From IMG/VR virus record IMGVR_UViG_3300031673_000002: a stretch of DNA of 64,000 bases, one strand, 5' to 3'. Shown piece by piece: positions 41,777 to 51,099 of the stretch; the first letter of the stretch is position 1; each line of letters starts with the position of its first letter. The notes under the pieces were generated by a model, which saw only the letters and a list, made by a program, of their open reading frames with translations, was not told the origin of the DNA and ran no database searches. A program made the position numbers and the translations under genes. This stretch comes from an uncultured virus (IMG/VR IMGVR_UViG_3300031673_000002) (Duplodnaviria > Heunggongvirae > Uroviricota > Caudoviricetes).

Positions 41777-44700
41777 CTACGGAGTGGGGGAGTCAACTGC
41801 GACCAACCCATCAACGTAGAGGATCGGGTACTTCTGGTACCACGACGCTCGGAAGTAGGCTTTGGTCGGGTCACGTCGGTCACGGAATGCAACCACGTCG
41901 GACGACGGGCTGAGGGGTCGGGACGTGCCCGTAGACTCCTCGATGTACTGACCGATCTTGCCTTCCGACACCATCGACCCAAGCTCCGCGATGATCTCGC
42001 CGCTGAGTGCCTGAGCCGCTTCCTCCGGGCTGTCGGCGACGAAGCCGATGACGCGCCGGTTGATGACGTCCTGGAGACGAGACAGTACATAGTGGCGCTG
42101 GACGGTACCGGAAAGCTGCTGGGTGCTGGCCTCCGTCTCGTCCGTCGTCATGGTGCCCTGGTAGAACCCAGACTCTCCCTCGACGCGGATAGCGATGATG
42201 CCTGCATCCTGAAGCTGGATCATCTGCTGCTCAGTGAGTGATTCGATCTCGTCGAAGCCGCTGACGCTGACGTTGTAGATGGTCTGCCAGGGCTCGTTGA
42301 ACGATGCCACCCGAGCAGCCAACGCGACCGCCAGGAAGGAGCCGTCCAATGTCACCTGTGTCGGGACAGACGAGAGCGTGTCCGAATTGCCCAAGGGCTG
42401 GACGCTGATCGTCTTCTTCGCGTACGAGTTCCCGATGACGGCGAGCGTCCCGCGTGCAACCGACTCCTCGAACACCTGAAGCTCACGACGAGCCGCGTAG
42501 ACACGCGAGTCTGCCGTGAAGGTGTCGCCGATGGGGTAGTTGGTCGGGAACCCGAAGTAGCCGATGCGACGACGAGCCACCGTGGGATCGTTCATGTTGA
42601 TCACGCTGTCACGGAAGGTGGCGCGTGCCGCGTACTGGTTGACGACAACCATGTCCATCGTTCCCTTGAACGATTCAGAAACAGAGATTGCCGTCTTGTA
42701 GTCGGACGTGGTGTAGATCCCATCACCATCGCTGTCACGCACAAGGAAGACGACGACGCCGGGGAGGCTGGCCTCGTCCTGTTCCCAGGCGATCTCGTTC
42801 GCGATGGCAGCATCGTTCGCGGGGGTCATCGGGGCGAGGAAGTCACGGGCCGCGTCCTTCGTGAAGAACAACTGCCCCCTCTCGTAGTCCGTGTCCGGTC
42901 GCTTGGTGTACCCAGTCATGAAGTACGTAGCACCCGGCTCTGGCTCCGCGCCCTCGTACATGTAGTCGATCGTGAGGGTGACCGCAGGGTCCGTCAGGAA
43001 GTAGACGATCGTGGTACCTGCCACCTGATTGAACGTGAGATTCGTGTACGTCGGGGACGGACCACGCACGTAGTTGATGGTGGTAGGAACCTTGTCGAGC
43101 AGGATGAAGTAGGCACCAACAGTGCCCGTCACCGAACCCGTCAGGTCGCGCAGGACGTCCGAGGATGCGACTGTCTCCGTCTCCGACGCTTCCAACGCCC
43201 AGTCGATCAGACCGTCGAAGGTCAAGCTCAGGTCGAAAGCGTCAGCCGGAATGATAGCATCGAAGCGGTTCGCCAAGGAGACGTTCCGTGCGTGGATGAC
43301 GAGGTTGTTCGACAACACGAGGGGGTTTCCCTCAGAGAAGGTGTGGGAACCGAAGCCCGACAGCGGGGTCGACCCAGAGTACGACAGGATGACCTCATGG
43401 TCGTTCGTCGTCGTGTCGGTGACCGTGAAGTCGTAGTTTCGGTTCTCCTTGCCATTGAACTCGTTACGAGCCACACGCGCGGTGAAGGAGAACTCGTCGT
43501 CGATCGCGAAGTTGGTGGCACCAAAGTCGAAGTCTAGGAAGATGCCGTTCTCCATCGTCACGCGGGACTCCGATCCCTCCGTGACAGCGATGGCCCCGGT
43601 CTGCTCACGAACGCGAAGGATCTTGACGCCTGCTTGCGTCGTAAACGGATATGCAGCCGTGAGGACGAGCGTGGTGCTGTTCGTCACCGACAACACCTCC
43701 ACAGGACGGGGATCGACTCCGATGAACAGGAAGTCACCCGCCACGACCTCAGCAGCAAACTCGCTGCTCACGCCCGCAACCGTAGCGCTGGCGTTGGTGG
43801 CGGTGACGGTGCCGCTCAGCGCTTCCAGCGCTCCGTTGGTGCGGTACTGGAAGTTCGCTGTACGGTTCGGGGTCACGCCGCCGATCGCAGTACACTTGAC
43901 CTCGTAACGCTGGTTACGGGGTCCCGTGTAAACGGACTGCGGGTTGATGGTCAGGTCGCCGTCGCCAGTGAGAACGTCTGCGGTAACCGCCGTGACCTCT
44001 TCAAACTGGTTGGTGTTGAGCATCGGGTCCGCAAGCTCCATGAGCCCCGGGCCGTTCCCATCGAACGTGTAGACGTCGGTGACCACGAAGTGGGTTCCGC
44101 CGAAGGCGAAGTCCAGCGTGATCCCATGCTCGACGGCGATGTCCGTAAGCGTAGCAGGCACAGCTTCGTCGAGGTCAATCGAGATGGAGTTCTCCATCGC
44201 GACCGAGCGCCCGGGGAGGTCCGCCGATCCAGACGAGGTGGGGTACACATCGATGCGGATCGTCGCGAGCCTGTTCGGGGTGATGCCTGATGCAGCGGTC
44301 ACTTCCGCCACGTAGGTGCGGTTGTAGCTGTGCGTGTACGTGCTGGAGTTGTGCGTCAGCGTACCCGTACCGGTGTTCGCGCCGTCATCGACGACGGCAG
44401 TGACCGCTTTCAGGGTCGGGTTCAGGTTGGCGACGTCGGGGGTCGGCCCCGTTGCCGTGGTGAGGAAGCGGTAGTCGATACCCTCGCGGTACTTGACCTG
44501 CCCAGCGTTGTCGCCAAGAGCGATGGTCTCACGAAGCTCATCAACCGGAACCTCATCCGTCAGAGCGGGGTTATTCGAGACGTAGTCGAACTGATAGGTG
44601 TCACCAGCGTTGAAGATTGTCGGATCGATGACAAGCTGGTCGAACACGTTGGAGGCCGGGGTGGACTCAGAGAAGTTCCATCGAGTGACCCCGATGAGAC

Positions 44701-44956
44701 GCCCTTCCGACGTGTACAGGCGTGAACGCTGCTTGTCAGGGACAGCAGAGTTAGCCAGCGGCGCAATGTACGTCGTGCCGGAGAATGGTACGGTCTCGGC
44801 AACCACCGCCGCTCGCGTCACTTCGACGTCACGGAAGAGCTTGAGGTCCAGCCCCTTCGCAGCGAAAGCAGCATAGCGGGGGAAGGCACGGGGGGTTGAA
44901 GTGCCAGGGCGGAAGACCTGACCAATCACGGAACCCGGAAGACGACCTTGAGCCAT
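41777..44956 (-). CDS. Contractile tail sheath protein with inserted beta-sandwich domains (1059 aa)
   Basis: N-terminus LPGSVIGQV; C-terminal sheath pattern DGSFLAVALAAR..QLQDAGIIAI..TT..QQLS..YQKYPILYV; AGGAG upstream. Confidence 0.85.
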   Translation of the reverse strand: MAQGRLPGSVIGQVFRPGTSTPRAFPRYAAFAAKGLDLKLFRDVEVTRAAVVAETVPFSGTTYIAPLANSAVPDKQRSRLYTSEGRLIGVTRWNFSESTPASNVFDQLVIDPTIFNAGDTYQFDYVSNNPALTDEVPVDELRETIALGDNAGQVKYREGIDYRFLTTATGPTPDVANLNPTLKAVTAVVDDGANTGTGTLTHNSSTYTHSYNRTYVAEVTAASGITPNRLATIRIDVYPTSSGSADLPGRSVAMENSISIDLDEAVPATLTDIAVEHGITLDFAFGGTHFVVTDVYTFDGNGPGLMELADPMLNTNQFEEVTAVTADVLTGDGDLTINPQSVYTGPRNQRYEVKCTAIGGVTPNRTANFQYRTNGALEALSGTVTATNASATVAGVSSEFAAEVVAGDFLFIGVDPRPVEVLSVTNSTTLVLTAAYPFTTQAGVKILRVREQTGAIAVTEGSESRVTMENGIFLDFDFGATNFAIDDEFSFTARVARNEFNGKENRNYDFTVTDTTTNDHEVILSYSGSTPLSGFGSHTFSEGNPLVLSNNLVIHARNVSLANRFDAIIPADAFDLSLTFDGLIDWALEASETETVASSDVLRDLTGSVTGTVGAYFILLDKVPTTINYVRGPSPTYTNLTFNQVAGTTIVYFLTDPAVTLTIDYMYEGAEPEPGATYFMTGYTKRPDTDYERGQLFFTKDAARDFLAPMTPANDAAIANEIAWEQDEASLPGVVVFLVRDSDGDGIYTTSDYKTAISVSESFKGTMDMVVVNQYAARATFRDSVINMNDPTVARRRIGYFGFPTNYPIGDTFTADSRVYAARRELQVFEESVARGTLAVIGNSYAKKTISVQPLGNSDTLSSVPTQVTLDGSFLAVALAARVASFNEPWQTIYNVSVSGFDEIESLTEQQMIQLQDAGIIAIRVEGESGFYQGTMTTDETEASTQQLSGTVQRHYVLSRLQDVINRRVIGFVADSPEEAAQALSGEIIAELGSMVSEGKIGQYIEESTGTSRPLSPSSDVVAFRDRRDPTKAYFRASWYQKYPILYVDGLVAVDSPTP

Positions 44957-44994
44957 TGTTTCTCTCCTGAGAGTCTCTGAGTCAGGGTTATGAC

Positions 44995-46278
44995 TCAGAC
45001 CGCAGTTACGACTACCTTCCGCTTCACCAGCGGATCACCAACCCTCGCGGATGGCCTTTCTGACGTGGTCGCACTTACAGTCATGTGTGTTTCGTATAGG
45101 AATAGGTTGGCTTCTCCCGTACGTCTTGGGATGATTTCGTAGAATCCCGATCCCTGGTATGGCTTGCGTAGCTCAATGACGCGCTTGCTCTGGCTAGCTA
45201 CCAGGTCTGTAGTTACAGAAGCATTAGCCACAACCAGGCGTTGTGAATGCCCAAGACGTAGAATAAGTGGTTCCTCAGGATCGGTTTCTCCCGAAGCCGC
45301 CAGGTAGATAGAGGGAACCCCTGTCCCAACCTCGAAGGAAAGGTCATTCGTTATCAGCAGGTTGACCGGGCGTTGCACGTAGACGATGCACTCAAACATC
45401 ATGCTCTCAAGTCCGACCGTCGCCGAGTAGAGCTTGCTGCCCTTGTCATCTCCCTGCGACCAAGGAGCATCAAGCTCTGTGATCGACGAGGGGGAAATCT
45501 GCGTAGGCATCGTCAACTGCCAACTGCGACCGGAGATAGTAGAGCCGGTGCCTACCTGGTCACGCAGCGTGCTGAACGCCGCCTTGATGATCCCCTGTAG
45601 ATTGGAAGCAGACTCGTCATCTTGTGTTACAGCGGTAGCTTCAACCGAGATCATGGCTCGGTACCCAAGCTCTGACACCACCGCCCCGTTCTTGAAGAAA
45701 CGGCGAGAGACAGCGGAGCCACCTACCCCTAGGGCCTGCGGTGTCTCGCTCGTCATGTTGAACAACACCAAAGGAAGATGATGCTGAAGGTCAGCAAAGA
45801 GCTTCGCGATAAGCAAGCCCTTATTGTGGAGGTTGGCTGGGTTTTGCCCTGCGGCGTAGGCGGCAGCCGGGTTCGCCATCGGGGCGGTAGCTGGGAGCCT
45901 CTCGTCTGGGCTCGGGCTCCAGATAGAGGAGTGGTAGCTGCCGGCTCCGGCTCCAGCGTTAGGAGGTACCGTTGGGACGTGCCCTCCACCAGCGGCGAAG
46001 TTATGGTTCAAGGAACGAAAGTTGACTGCTGTGTGGACAAGGTTAGTGATCAGCCCGCCGACACTACTGTTTGGATCGAGGATGGTTCGTAACCTCTGCG
46101 CGAGAGCTGCATAGACCAGTTCATGCATCGCACCGAGGGGCGCGTTATCCATCGCCTCGTTGACTGACTCAGAGACCGGACGGCTAACCCAAGCGTCGCG
46201 CGGCGTCGCGTCTTGGAGTTCTACGTCCACGCGAATTGGGCTCGTGACCTTTGCGCTGATTGCTTCGTCGTCCGCCAT
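44995..46278 (-). CDS. Putative tail terminator/neck protein
   Basis: Directly upstream of the sheath gene; LPLVLF..ISVEATAVTQDDESASNL pattern and an Ig-like C-terminus. Confidence 0.45.
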   Translation of the reverse strand: MADDEAISAKVTSPIRVDVELQDATPRDAWVSRPVSESVNEAMDNAPLGAMHELVYAALAQRLRTILDPNSSVGGLITNLVHTAVNFRSLNHNFAAGGGHVPTVPPNAGAGAGSYHSSIWSPSPDERLPATAPMANPAAAYAAGQNPANLHNKGLLIAKLFADLQHHLPLVLFNMTSETPQALGVGGSAVSRRFFKNGAVVSELGYRAMISVEATAVTQDDESASNLQGIIKAAFSTLRDQVGTGSTISGRSWQLTMPTQISPSSITELDAPWSQGDDKGSKLYSATVGLESMMFECIVYVQRPVNLLITNDLSFEVGTGVPSIYLAASGETDPEEPLILRLGHSQRLVVANASVTTDLVASQSKRVIELRKPYQGSGFYEIIPRRTGEANLFLYETHMTVSATTSERPSARVGDPLVKRKVVVTAV

Positions 46279-46307
46279 ATGTGAGGGTGCCTCTCATGGA
46301 GGCGTAT

Positions 46308-46625
46308 ATGGCTAAGCTCATCCTCTTCGTCCTATCTTCCTACGCAGCTTGGTTCGTGTTCACGACATCAGACCTACCTGTCTGGCACAAGATCCGAGCA
46401 TGGCTGGCGGGGAAGTCGTCCACGTTCACGACCTTCATCCTCTGTCCCATCTGCTCCGGGTTCTGGGTGTCAGCGGTCCTCTCCTACGCCTTCCCAATTG
46501 CTGACTTTCGCTGGCCCGAAGTGTGGTTTGCCTCGCTGTTCGTAGGTCCTATCGTACAGGGGCTAGCGGGCGCCGCCGCCATTTATCTGATTGAAACGCA
46601 TGTGACGCGGCTCGAAGAGCGTTAG
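46308..46625 (+). CDS. DUF1360-like membrane protein
   Basis: KIRAWL..FILCPICSGFWVSAV between hydrophobic helices; GGAGG upstream of ATG 46308. Confidence 0.75.
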   Translation: MAKLILFVLSSYAAWFVFTTSDLPVWHKIRAWLAGKSSTFTTFILCPICSGFWVSAVLSYAFPIADFRWPEVWFASLFVGPIVQGLAGAAAIYLIETHVTRLEER

Positions 46626-46641
46626 AGCGTCATTCTTCGTC

Positions 46642-48264
46642 ATGTCAGGCTTTCAGTCCCGCGTCCGAGACGCGATCAACCAGGCAGCACCTACGTTTTC
46701 GACAGTCACGACTGCCGATCGTGGGATGCTCCGCTTCCTCGACCCGTCGATGACGGGCTCTGCACGCTTCATGCAGAAAGCCGGGTACCCATACCCGCTG
46801 CTCACTCCGCAGAGGTCAGCGACGCTTGTGGCAGCGGCAGCGTCTGGTACGACCACCGCTCTTATAGAAGGTGTCCGCCTCCTGGAATGGCTCATCACGG
46901 GGGTTGGGGTCAGCTTCGAGCTTCTTGAAGACGCAACTGTTGATAGCGTACATCTTCAAGAAGACGGGACCACGGTGTTGATCGTCCTTCAATCCCCGCT
47001 CACGGCGGCGCACGCAGCGGGAACACGATTCACGATCCAATCGTTCCCCGTGGCGTCTACCACCACAACCGCCGATGCCGATGGAAGCCTCACCCGTCCT
47101 GCTGTGACGATGACGACGCCTTTTGTGCTTGTTCCAGGTGACGTGCTCACCATCGACGGAGCGACCTATACCCTCGCCACGGTAGAAGAAGTCAGCACGA
47201 GCCCGACGCTCGTGTACGAGGTGAAGACGAACGATGACGCGGGGTTCCCCGCTCTCTTCCCCTCTACAGCCATCTCCTGTAAGGCAACGTCTGCCTATAG
47301 GTCAGACATCATTACAGTCCCTCAGGCGCGTTCGCGGCCTCTCGTGCAAGGTCCTGTCGTTGTGGACTGGGTGTCCGGCCCAATGGTTGCGGAATACTTC
47401 CCCAACCCAGAGTCCGAGGTCTACATCGAGGAGTTTGATAGCTCCAACAGGGCCATCACCGAGCCACGCAAGGTCGAGAAGAACGACACACTGCTCCGGT
47501 TCCGCATCATGCGTGACCAGCTTCTCTTCTGGAAGTACGCCGAAGGAGCTTGCAATTGGAACGGTACGTTCGTTGAACTCCGGGCTTTTGATTCGGGGCG
47601 CGTTCATGCGTGGTCTGCTTGTCGACCGGCTCTTGACCCAGCCCCCCCGACGAGTGTGCCTAGCGTAGTCCCTAGCTTTGCTCCCTACTCGGTCTTGCTG
47701 CTGTCTCGTATTCTGCCTGGGTCTGTGAGCGTCAAGGACGGGATCACTAAGGCTAACATCCCCGATACGTCATACACAGTAGACGAGGACGCGGGGACCA
47801 TCTCCTTCACCTCAATGGACGCTAGTCGCTCCGTCATCATCACCTACCGGCCACGTCTTGAGTGGCAGGTGTTGGCTATCGCCGACGAGGACGACGTGGA
47901 GTTGGTGGTCAAGCTGGGTAGGGAAGAAAAGCAAGTCTTCAACCTTCCCACGGCAGGCGCTTCGCAGATCCTCACCATCAGAGCGGAGACAGACGAGCCC
48001 ATCGATGCCATCCACGTCACCTCTCGTAGAGCCAATGATGCTGGCGGGGCTTTCATTGTTCAGATGGGAGACTGGCAGCCACGCGGCGGCGTTACCTCTG
48101 CCATCAGGTACACGCTTACTACGGCAGCCGAGATCGACTACGACTGGGCTTCCTCCGGGCTTCTGTTCAAGCCGATGTGGCCGACGATTGAGCTTCTCCG
48201 CGCACGCTTGGATGGAGAGTCAATCTTCTCCCGTAGTCTTGATAACGGACGCATGTTGGTCTGA
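46642..48264 (+). CDS. Virion structural protein (540 aa)
   Basis: Beta-rich; YTVDEDAGTISF..VIITY Ig-like motif. Confidence 0.6.
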   Translation: MSGFQSRVRDAINQAAPTFSTVTTADRGMLRFLDPSMTGSARFMQKAGYPYPLLTPQRSATLVAAAASGTTTALIEGVRLLEWLITGVGVSFELLEDATVDSVHLQEDGTTVLIVLQSPLTAAHAAGTRFTIQSFPVASTTTTADADGSLTRPAVTMTTPFVLVPGDVLTIDGATYTLATVEEVSTSPTLVYEVKTNDDAGFPALFPSTAISCKATSAYRSDIITVPQARSRPLVQGPVVVDWVSGPMVAEYFPNPESEVYIEEFDSSNRAITEPRKVEKNDTLLRFRIMRDQLLFWKYAEGACNWNGTFVELRAFDSGRVHAWSACRPALDPAPPTSVPSVVPSFAPYSVLLLSRILPGSVSVKDGITKANIPDTSYTVDEDAGTISFTSMDASRSVIITYRPRLEWQVLAIADEDDVELVVKLGREEKQVFNLPTAGASQILTIRAETDEPIDAIHVTSRRANDAGGAFIVQMGDWQPRGGVTSAIRYTLTTAAEIDYDWASSGLLFKPMWPTIELLRARLDGESIFSRSLDNGRMLV

Positions 48265-48281
48265 CCCACAAGGTGTAGAAC

Positions 48282-50471
48282 ATGGAAGTAAAGCTAGTTC
48301 ATCGGCTTCATCAGACCGCAGACCGACTCAGTGCGTTTGAAACCGGCGTAGAGAACGAACTACGTAAGCGTCTCCTGCTATTGGGGAGCGCTGGTATCGT
48401 ATCGGTTGACGGCGGCGACATCGACAACGATGAGGCTCCTTGCGCGGTGAGCATCAACTCTCAGGACGCAACCGCAATCAACGTGGGGTCAGGAACCGTT
48501 GTCTTCGCGAATGGCGAGTATGTCGACATCGAAGTGGATGCGATTTCTGCTAACGCGATCGACATCACCATCACCGATGGACAGGTAGTCCGACTGGAGT
48601 ACGGAGAGGTCGCTGCTGGCGATCCCGAAGGAAATCCATACTCAGGCTATGCAGCTCCTCCCAAGGTACGGAAGAAGACCGCACCCGAGATGCTTGTCGT
48701 CGAGACTACGACAGCGTTCAACGCGCAACCCTCTTCCGTGGTCAACAACTCCATTGTGCTTGGCGTTGTTCGCGTTGTCGATGGAGTGCTCACCACAGAC
48801 AACGGAAGGGACTCGTATTCCTTCTCCCGTCCGTGGTTCTCGCCGATCGACACCGAGCACCGGAGCCAGGTAGGCACCGGCCTCTCCACGCCTACGAACC
48901 CCCACGCGACGAGCTTGTCCGACCTGACTGTCGGCCAGTACACCGCCTGGCAGGCGTTGGTAGGAAGTCCCTCCTGCGTCCTGGCACGTCCGGTTAGCTT
49001 CGGTCGCATCCCCGGCATTCTCTGTGAGGAGACCATCCCCTCAGGCAGCTTCGCCCTGGACTCAACCGGGCTCGTTACGGGCGTGCCTGGTTCTCTGTAC
49101 GCCCCCCTCGGGTTCTGGCCTGATCGGCTCATGGGTTGCTTTGTTGCTTCCAGCGGCAATGAAGTTTCCGCCTGGATCCCAAAGGGTCGTAACGTCATTG
49201 CCATCAGCGACCCGACTGAGTTCGCGGCTGCCGTCAACGTGGACGTCTACTACACCAAGGTCCAAGCAGGGGCGCTCCCAGGTTCCCTGGCTGGGCTGAC
49301 TAGCCTCACCGTCAGCGATCCTACAAGCGACGAGATCATTGTTGCCGGAGGCAACTTCTACACTGAGCTTACCGAGGGAACGGTGTCGTTCGCGGACGTG
49401 GGCCTGGTCCCAATGAAGTTCGACATCCTCGTCGACTCTACCGGGCGCGTGTACAAGAACCCCGACTGCCTGTTCTGCAACACGCGGCTTGAGACGTTGG
49501 GCTCCACCGCGCAGCCCTTCACCATCCAGCCGCGTGCTCCTTCACGCCTGCGAGTTGCGATCTCTAACTACAACGCGGGCTACACTGAGGTCCGTCTTCT
49601 GGTTTCTGGTACGGACACTACAGGTGCTGCCATCTCCGAGGTAGTCGTCTTCACGGGTCCTGGTCCTGTGCCCCAGACCTCGTTCTCAGAAGTCGCCGCA
49701 CAGCGCCTCTTCACTGCCAACGTCTTTGCCTCTGTTGGGCAACTACAGGTACAGGTCCGCAACGGTGACGGGGCGAACACGACGGTGACTGTGTTTGCTG
49801 AGGCTTCGCCTGAGCAGCCAGAGCTTCAGGACGATCTCTTGCTCGCTTCCGTCCAGTGGACGGGGTCAGAGGTCAACGCTCTCTACAGCAACGACGCTCT
49901 TGTGGCTCTCGACAGGCGCCTCGTTACCCGTGGCGGTGGTTCGCGCGGGCAATCGCCCATCGTGTCCAGCGTCGATACCGCCATGATCGTCGACAGCGTG
50001 CTCGCTAGCAGCCTGCCTTCCGGGACAGTCAGTTGGGCTACGATTGCGGAGGACTTCAGCGATCCGCATTACATGCTTTACCCACAAGCAGATTTTGGCG
50101 TCCAGGGAAGCACACGCCCGGTCGAGCTTGCTGGCAACAGCCACGGCATCCGTCATGGTTACACGAGTCGTAAGTTCCCGCTTGGGTCTGTCATGCAAGC
50201 ATCGCTTGACGCTACCTGGCTGCGCTTGCTCCCGCGTTCGATGTCCGGCTTCCCCGCTAGGTTCTCGGGCTTGGACGTCACCCTCAACCTGTACCGGTCG
50301 GGGGCAGTCGACTCTTTTGCCGGTACGCTAGGCACGAACCCGTACCCACCGTACCAAGTCGCCTTCGCAGGTGTGGTGGGTGGAAGCTACTACGCTGCCT
50401 CTGTTTCCATTGCTGGTATGGAAGATTACGCGGAGGCTTTCCAGGGCTTCATCTTCCACATCCGTTCCTGA
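48282..50471 (+). CDS. Baseplate/fibre-attachment-like structural protein (729 aa)
   Basis: INVGSGTVVFANGEYV..VLGVV..R..HRSQVGTG..NPH pattern of fibre-anchoring N-termini. Confidence 0.55.
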   Translation: MEVKLVHRLHQTADRLSAFETGVENELRKRLLLLGSAGIVSVDGGDIDNDEAPCAVSINSQDATAINVGSGTVVFANGEYVDIEVDAISANAIDITITDGQVVRLEYGEVAAGDPEGNPYSGYAAPPKVRKKTAPEMLVVETTTAFNAQPSSVVNNSIVLGVVRVVDGVLTTDNGRDSYSFSRPWFSPIDTEHRSQVGTGLSTPTNPHATSLSDLTVGQYTAWQALVGSPSCVLARPVSFGRIPGILCEETIPSGSFALDSTGLVTGVPGSLYAPLGFWPDRLMGCFVASSGNEVSAWIPKGRNVIAISDPTEFAAAVNVDVYYTKVQAGALPGSLAGLTSLTVSDPTSDEIIVAGGNFYTELTEGTVSFADVGLVPMKFDILVDSTGRVYKNPDCLFCNTRLETLGSTAQPFTIQPRAPSRLRVAISNYNAGYTEVRLLVSGTDTTGAAISEVVVFTGPGPVPQTSFSEVAAQRLFTANVFASVGQLQVQVRNGDGANTTVTVFAEASPEQPELQDDLLLASVQWTGSEVNALYSNDALVALDRRLVTRGGGSRGQSPIVSSVDTAMIVDSVLASSLPSGTVSWATIAEDFSDPHYMLYPQADFGVQGSTRPVELAGNSHGIRHGYTSRKFPLGSVMQASLDATWLRLLPRSMSGFPARFSGLDVTLNLYRSGAVDSFAGTLGTNPYPPYQVAFAGVVGGSYYAASVSIAGMEDYAEAFQGFIFHIRS

Positions 50472-50487
50472 TCTTTGGTGACGTGAC

Positions 50488-51024
50488 GTGCGGTTCAAGA
50501 TCCATAACCCCACAAGGTCTCTGGTTCATCTACCTGAGCCGCTGAGCGGTTCGGTACCGCCGCAGTCAACTATCGTCATCGATACGTCAGCCACGAACAT
50601 CGACACGCCTGTCATGCGAAGGCTGACAAACGCGGGTGTGTTGCGTGTCCTAGATGCGGCTGATGCGCCTGCCTACGAGAACAACATCGAGATCCCCGTC
50701 ATCGGTTTCCTTCCTACGGGAGGCGGTGGTGGTGGGATCACAGAGTCGGAGCACGAAGACCTAGACACGCTCACGCACGAGCTTGTGGAAGACTCGGTTA
50801 CCGACTTCGTCTATTCAGGCTCGCGTGTAACAGGAACCACCGTGTGGACCAATGTGGGCAGGACGACCAAGATACGAGAAACCGCGTTCACATACACGGG
50901 CGCCAGGCTCACCCAGTCAGTGACCACGCAGTACAATGGGGCAGGGGCGTCCCTCTACACCTTGACGAAGGACTTCTCTTACACGGGTAGTAACGTCACC
51001 TTGATGACCACGATCAGGGCGTAA
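50488..51024 (+). CDS. Two-domain protein (small N-terminal beta domain, Gly linker, YD-like beta repeats)
   Basis: N-terminus resembles 62760-63203; FVYSGSRV, FTYTGARL and FSYTGSNV repeats. Confidence 0.6.
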   Translation: MRFKIHNPTRSLVHLPEPLSGSVPPQSTIVIDTSATNIDTPVMRRLTNAGVLRVLDAADAPAYENNIEIPVIGFLPTGGGGGGITESEHEDLDTLTHELVEDSVTDFVYSGSRVTGTTVWTNVGRTTKIRETAFTYTGARLTQSVTTQYNGAGASLYTLTKDFSYTGSNVTLMTTIRA

Positions 51025-51099
51025 GAAGCAGCCAACCGAAGGCAAGAATAAACTCACATCGCCACTCTCCCTTGGAGTCCTCTTTCCAGGGAAGTGTAG

